Translations under genes and position numbers: made by a program
The notes under the pieces: model-generated
What the model saw: the letters and a program-made list of their open reading frames with translations, nothing else
What the model was told of the DNA's origin: nothing
Databases searched by the model: none
Shown here: piece after piece, positions 59,002 through 64,000 of the stretch
How positions within the stretch are numbered: the stretch's first letter is position 1
Layout: each line of letters begins with the position of its first letter
Source: Takakia lepidozioides
Lineage: Eukaryota; Plantae; Bryophyta
Length of the DNA: 64,000 nucleotides
NCBI GenBank assembly: GCA_030704615.1
Contig: CM060731.1
Location: forward strand, 40,858,001-40,922,000
Direction of reading: 5' to 3'

Positions 59002-62000
59002 CTATCCCTTCCGCAGCTCCATAAGTTTCAGTAACTTTAGACTCCAAAGTGTTGTCTGGCCAACCACCTGCCCCAACTCGGTCTGTTTCCTAACACCATT
59101 CACATATGGTAGAGGGGTGTTACTGACACATGCCTCTTTGATGTACACACAGGCATAATCAAGGGGCACAGCAGGGTACCCGTAACCCACCACAACACCT
59201 TGAAGAGCAACAATCAGCCCTACTCCACATTTCTTGCGTTTGGAGTTCACATCCAACAGCCGAACCTCGTCACCCACCCTGAACTGTGATCCCAACTCCA
59301 CACAAAAAAGAACACGATGTGAAAACCCATGACATACACACGACTAGGACACTCAACATTTGCGAGTTAAAGAGAGCCCCAAGGTTGGAAAAAATATAAC
59401 AAACAAGACAACGGCCTGGACTTACTCCATTTGCAGTCTCCAGTGGTGTGAGACCTCTTTTGGGGGGCTACTCGCCGGGTCGACACTCTTGCCCCTCGTC
59501 TGTACCGGCTTGTCGACAATATCACCTTTGTTTGTCACAAGTTCCTGTGTCACAGACCAGAGAACAACCAGGAAAGCAATGAGCAAACAGGAATAGTGAA
59601 TAGAAACAAAATCCAAGTATGAATCAAACAAAAAAAGCCAACATGAAAAGCTGCAAAGAAAACCTAGCATTAATCAAGCAACCGAGGAGAAGCATCCAGG
59701 AAAGCAATGCAATGAATGAACCCACAAAAATGTAGCCTCTGGAGCACTGTCAGAATGTTTGTACCTTCACAGTAGCAGTGTTGTATGGTTGTTGTCCAAA
59801 ACAGGCTGAGACTCCAAAAACTTGGGAATACTGGCAGCTTTCGATGCCTTCCACAAGAAAGGCCACAACACCTCTGGAATCTGGTGAATCTGGTTGCACC
59901 TTCCATGGCTCTGGAAAAATCCCACTGAAGGGAGGATTGTTTGCCGCCTTTCTTGGTGTGTCGTCAACAAGAACAGTGTCCTCATAAGTCCATTCTGGCC
60001 AGTCTGCCCACACTGTAGACAAGTTCTTGAAATATAATGGCTTTGAATCAGACCCCTTACGGCATGGGAGGACTGGATCCTCGTCACAGTGAAGGGCATC
60101 CCACTGGAAAACCAGGTTAGTGTGGGCTGCAAAAATATAGTCCACCATTGGGAAGAAGTTGCGAGCTTGGCAACAAGACCACACCGCCACCTCAAAGTGT
60201 TCAAAACACTTTTGCAAAAAGTCATAACAGCGTGGTCTCAAAACTACCATCTTCTTGCCACACATCTTCCCCACAAAACCTTTGGGAAGGGATGCAGGCC
60301 CATTAGCAGAATGAAAAGATTCACATAACAGACCATTTAAGTCCAGAATTAGTAAATGCTTCCTCGTTGGTCCAGGAAGTAAACTGACATTTGGCTTCAA
60401 CATGTGAGCAGGAGAAATTAAAGCAACCTGCTTGTTTGTTTTGTCCCCGTCTGCATCTTCCTCCCCATCTAAACTCCCACATACCTGCATACCAGAATCC
60501 GGTGTGCCCGGCGGCTCTGTCACCATTGCCCCCTGGACTGCTACTGCCTTTGTACGTGGCAAGGGCTGAATTTCCACGTGTACCTCACAGCTGGCCTTCC
60601 CTGTATCCTGCTGCTGCTCGGTCAAATTCAAAAGATCATCAGTGACAGGAAGACATAAGGGCTTAGAGTGAGCACCAGTTACCGTCTGAAATTGGGATTC
60701 CAAACATTTTGATACTGTCACAGCAGACGTATCCATCGTAGATGTCACTGGTCCTGCGCCTGGTAGATTAATCCCCAATCTGGTCACAATGGCTTTCTGG
60801 TACTCAATCATACTCTGCATCTGTAATTTTAATTCTGCCATGTCACGTCCTTGTGATTCCACCAGTTTGTCCAAGCCATCCATCCTGCCAACTACTGTAG
60901 AATATGCGAGACTTCCCTCCTGCCAATCCATGAAAACTTGCCCAAGTATGAATCAAACCAAAAAAACCTAGCATGAACAACCATTGGAAAGAAAACCCAG
61001 GCCAAAAGCCGTGAAAAAAACCCTAGCAACCTATGATGCAGCAACCACTCTAGCAAACGTGGAAAACACACTTACCCGCCTGTCACTCCCAGTGACAACC
61101 GTGACACTGAACCCTGAGGAGGGCACCCTGATAGTGTTTCCTACAAATTAATCCATGCCACAAACAAACCCATGCCACAAGTCAGTAAGCAATGTGAGGG
61201 CTGACTATATACACATAGCAATTCAATGAGGAACAAAATACAGAGTCGTGATGATGCCACTTACCAAGCGTGCTTCCACCATTGCCTTCCCACCACGGCC
61301 AGTCTTGGTAGGATTCAGAATTGCACCATTTGCCTTCTTCATGTTGCCCGACACTTTGTGGAACACCTCTGTCTGCCAGTAACTTACAAGCTTGTTCCAT
61401 ACCTCGTCAGATACAGTAATGGGTTTCCCCTTACCACCCAACCACGCAGTGTGTGCTTCATAACGCTGGCTCTTCATTATTCTGCCAATTGTTTGTTTTA
61501 GGTGGAAGTCTTTTAACTCGTGTGGCGTATATGAAAATAGCTTAGCCAGGTGATCTCTGATTTCGTATACAACTTCATCAGGTTGGTTGTTGATGGCAAG
61601 GGAACAATCTAGCTTGCGATAAGCCTGTCCTTTAAGGGCAGCGTGCCATACATTCCGGGTCTGACCATACGGGGCTCCTTTGAGGTTCGTCAAAATCACC
61701 GTGGGAGGAAGACCTGCAGCTATTCTCTCTTCCTTGACCTTGGCAGCTTCAATTTTGGCTGAGCTATTAGCCCTCCTTAAAGCATTGGTTCTATCATTCT
61801 TTGAAACGGCACCCTCCCCTCCTTCAGAGACCTCCGTGCGCTCAGGAGAATTCAAAGCAGGATCCTGCCAAGTAGGGACTGGTGGCCATGGCTGTTGGCC
61901 AGAAGGCCGAGGACCATACTGGCCATACTGTCCATAAGCAGGAGGATATTCCGGTGGCCTGCCACCCCCATAGCTATTAGGGGGTGGCAAATATGGTGGA

Positions 62001-63090
62001 GGAGGATACTGGCCATACTGCCCATATGGAGGAGCACCATATTGACCCTGACCATACTGAGTGCCAGACTGTGGGTACTGAGGCATACCATAATAAGGTG
62101 GGGGTACTGGTGGCACAGAACCCACAACGTTGGGAGAGTTAGGGCCACCTCCTGCGTTCTTGTGGGCGCCATCTCCATTGCTAGCAGCAGGGATCGTGGA
62201 TCCAGTGCGCTTGTGCTTGCCCTGAAAAGAAATTCCCCCAGTACAATGTGGGTGATTACACATACATATAGGCAGCAAGCAGCAAATCCTTGAATTCAGG
62301 CAAAACAAACTGGAAGCACATATCATTTGTAAAGACAAGATTACCCAAAACTCAGTATGATCTTGGGCAGTAAATCTCCCAAATTTGATTGGCCCCAATG
62401 ATGTCCTCCCAGTACATTTTTGAGCCCTCTTAGGTATGGGGTGTTCCTGAAATCCATAGCAAGAATTCAAATGGACAAACCTGATGGGTCCATGAGAAGT
62501 ATCCCTCCAAGTTTTACTGATATTCTGGGTGCATAAGTAACCCAAGTATCTCTATAAGTAGCCATTGTAGCTTAGTACCAGGACGTTGGTTTCATGGGGC
62601 AAAGAATTTGAACACACCTGAAGTCTACATTGGCCTGACATCATGCCTTTGGCACTTCAACTTGTCTAGTGGAAATCATTTGTGATTGTGCCTTGGCTGA
62701 CCCCTGCATTGTCCAACTTCCCTGTCTTGACAGACATACCGTATCTCTTCGTGATTTTACCAAAAACATACATAATTAGAATCATGGTCATTGTGAAGAA
62801 CTATAACTCACAGACGGAGAAGGTGTTCGTAGTGTAGATGATGGGCGTTTTTGTCCTGCGACATGAGCATGGGCATGTTCTCCTCGGCTTGCCGTGGCAT
62901 CCGCCGACGACGCACTCGCCTCGCACTGGCGTGGGAGGAGTGGATCGTCCTCATCGTCCTCAGAAGAGCCCTCATGCAGAATCGTAGTCTTCATCGTCTT
63001 CAGTTTGGCACTTTGCCTTGCAGGACCTTGATCCCTAGCTTTTTCCTTCGGAGCGCGTGGCTTGCGAGGGTGATTCGCTCCCGCAAGCCT
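59002..63090 (-). CDS. TnpA-like CACTA protein: Pro/Gly/Tyr-rich region, Ptta/En/Spm (Transposase_24-like) domain, coiled coil, FCP1/NIF HAD phosphatase domain and DUF8039-like C-terminus; multi-exon, at least one frameshift
   Basis: Exon about 61265-62221: KPITVSDEVWNKLVSYWQTEVFHKVSGNMKKANG..TKTGRGGKAMVEARL. Exon about 59764-60919: KHLLILDLNGLL, RPRCYDFLQKCFEHFEVAVWSC, KPLYFKNLSTVW, TVLVDDTPRKAANNPPFSGIFP. Last exon 59002-59297: CGVGLIVA..VPLDYACVYIKEACVSNTPLP..ELGQVVGQTTLW. The 5' exons are uncertain. Confidence 0.7.
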
Positions 63091-63651
63091 GCACAAACAC
63101 CTCCATGACCTCCTCTCAAACAATCACAAACAAATGTAAGCATACATACCCTAATACTCTTAAGCCTACGCTGAACCACAGCCACACCCTACCAGGACGT
63201 AATGCTTGCCCACGAATGACGGCGGACATCTCCCGCCTAATGACACACCTCCTCAAACCTAATCGTCACTCACTGCATGTTGTTTGCCTCTCTGTTTGTA
63301 CAAGTCGCAGCTACTCGCCCCCATTTGTGCTATGAAGCTTATGATCGCTGTAGGAAGGTTAGAGGATAAGGCAAATCGCAAGTTTAGTGGGTGGGTATCC
63401 AAAGTCAGGAACTAAACTCACCCATCTATCGACTGCTTGAACGTTGTTTCCACCTCCTTTATGGTAGCAATCCAGCGCTCTCGGAACTTCTCGTACTCAG
63501 TGAGAGGGACTGTCACTTCGAAGACCTTCCGCTTCACCATGGACACTCAGAAACGATACTTATAGTATACTATAGATATAGAAATAGCACATTGGCAGCT
63601 GGTGCAAAACTAGAGACAATGCACTGTGCGTAGCATGCAAAGAGGGAAGGG

Positions 63652-63984
63652 GTGACGTTCAAAGCATGTACAGTGCAGGTGGCGAGCGGATGCGTAGGCG
63701 TAATAGATGACCGTCTATGGCGAATGGAAGAAGCTTATGCCACAAGGAATGGGCATACAAAAATGCTATGCAACTGCGATGAGTGTCATGGAGGAAAAGT
63801 ACTGTTGTTGGAAACAGTGAGGAATCATTACATGATACACGGGAGGGATCCTCTTCTCCAACGCTGTTCTCTTCCGGTAAGATCGCCACTTTCCCTTCAG
63901 CACTTTAGTTTGAATTTTGAATGCAACGATCCTCTTCTCCACATGTCGACATTTCGTTGGGTGATTGTAGTCAAGAAGTCATAA
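63652..63984 (+). CDS. 5' part of a CACTA TnpD-like transposase (transposase-associated Cys/His domain)
   Basis: KMLCNCDECHGGKVLLLETVRNHYMIHGRDP resembles the CxCxxC...V..HL..HG..P transposase-associated domain found at the N-terminus of En/Spm TnpD; probable donor GTAAGA near 63876. Confidence 0.65.
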   Translation: MTFKACTVQVASGCVGVIDDRLWRMEEAYATRNGHTKMLCNCDECHGGKVLLLETVRNHYMIHGRDPLLQRCSLPVRSPLSLQHFSLNFECNDPLLHMSTFRWVIVVKKS

Positions 63985-64000
63985 GATACAGACGTGACTA

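Larger units (their letters stand above)
57739..64000. mobile_element. CACTA/EnSpm (CMC) DNA transposon with a CCC-type terminus, running off the window end
   Basis: Abrupt junction in gag at CCCAACAGATAAGCG (57739); subterminal CATATGACTAC arrays and 90-100 bp tandem units to about 58450. It encodes Ptta/En/Spm-like, DUF8039-like and transposase-associated domains. Confidence 0.8.

Overview
Eukaryotic nuclear DNA from a land plant. It has spliceosomal GT-AG introns, PLS-class PPR-DYW relics and a SCAB gene; a bryophyte or other seed-free lineage is likely but is inference only. There are four intact-looking multi-exon genes: an organellar AcnA/IRP-type aconitase (minus, 4701-14632), an AAE19/AASDH-like NRPS-type protein with adenylation, carrier and PQQ-like beta-propeller domains (plus, 17749-27547), a transmembrane SPRY protein (minus, 31685-33355) and a SCAB actin-binding protein (plus, 38848-45621). 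The rest is rich in mobile DNA: a foldback MITE, a Tc1/mariner-like element hosting hAT MITEs, a possible Helitron tandem, a scrambled PPR-DYW pseudogene, and a decayed LTR retrotransposon with a CACTA/EnSpm element inserted in it. Two things stand out. (1) A complete 333-bp TRIM with a 5-bp TSD, tRNA-iMet PBS and PPT, whose LTRs carry a tRNA-shaped Pol III cassette. (2) A CACTA TnpA-like gene that appears to have an FCP1/NIF-type HAD phosphatase domain spliced into it and is transcribed divergently from the TnpD transposase. Exon boundaries were read by eye and may be off by a few bases.
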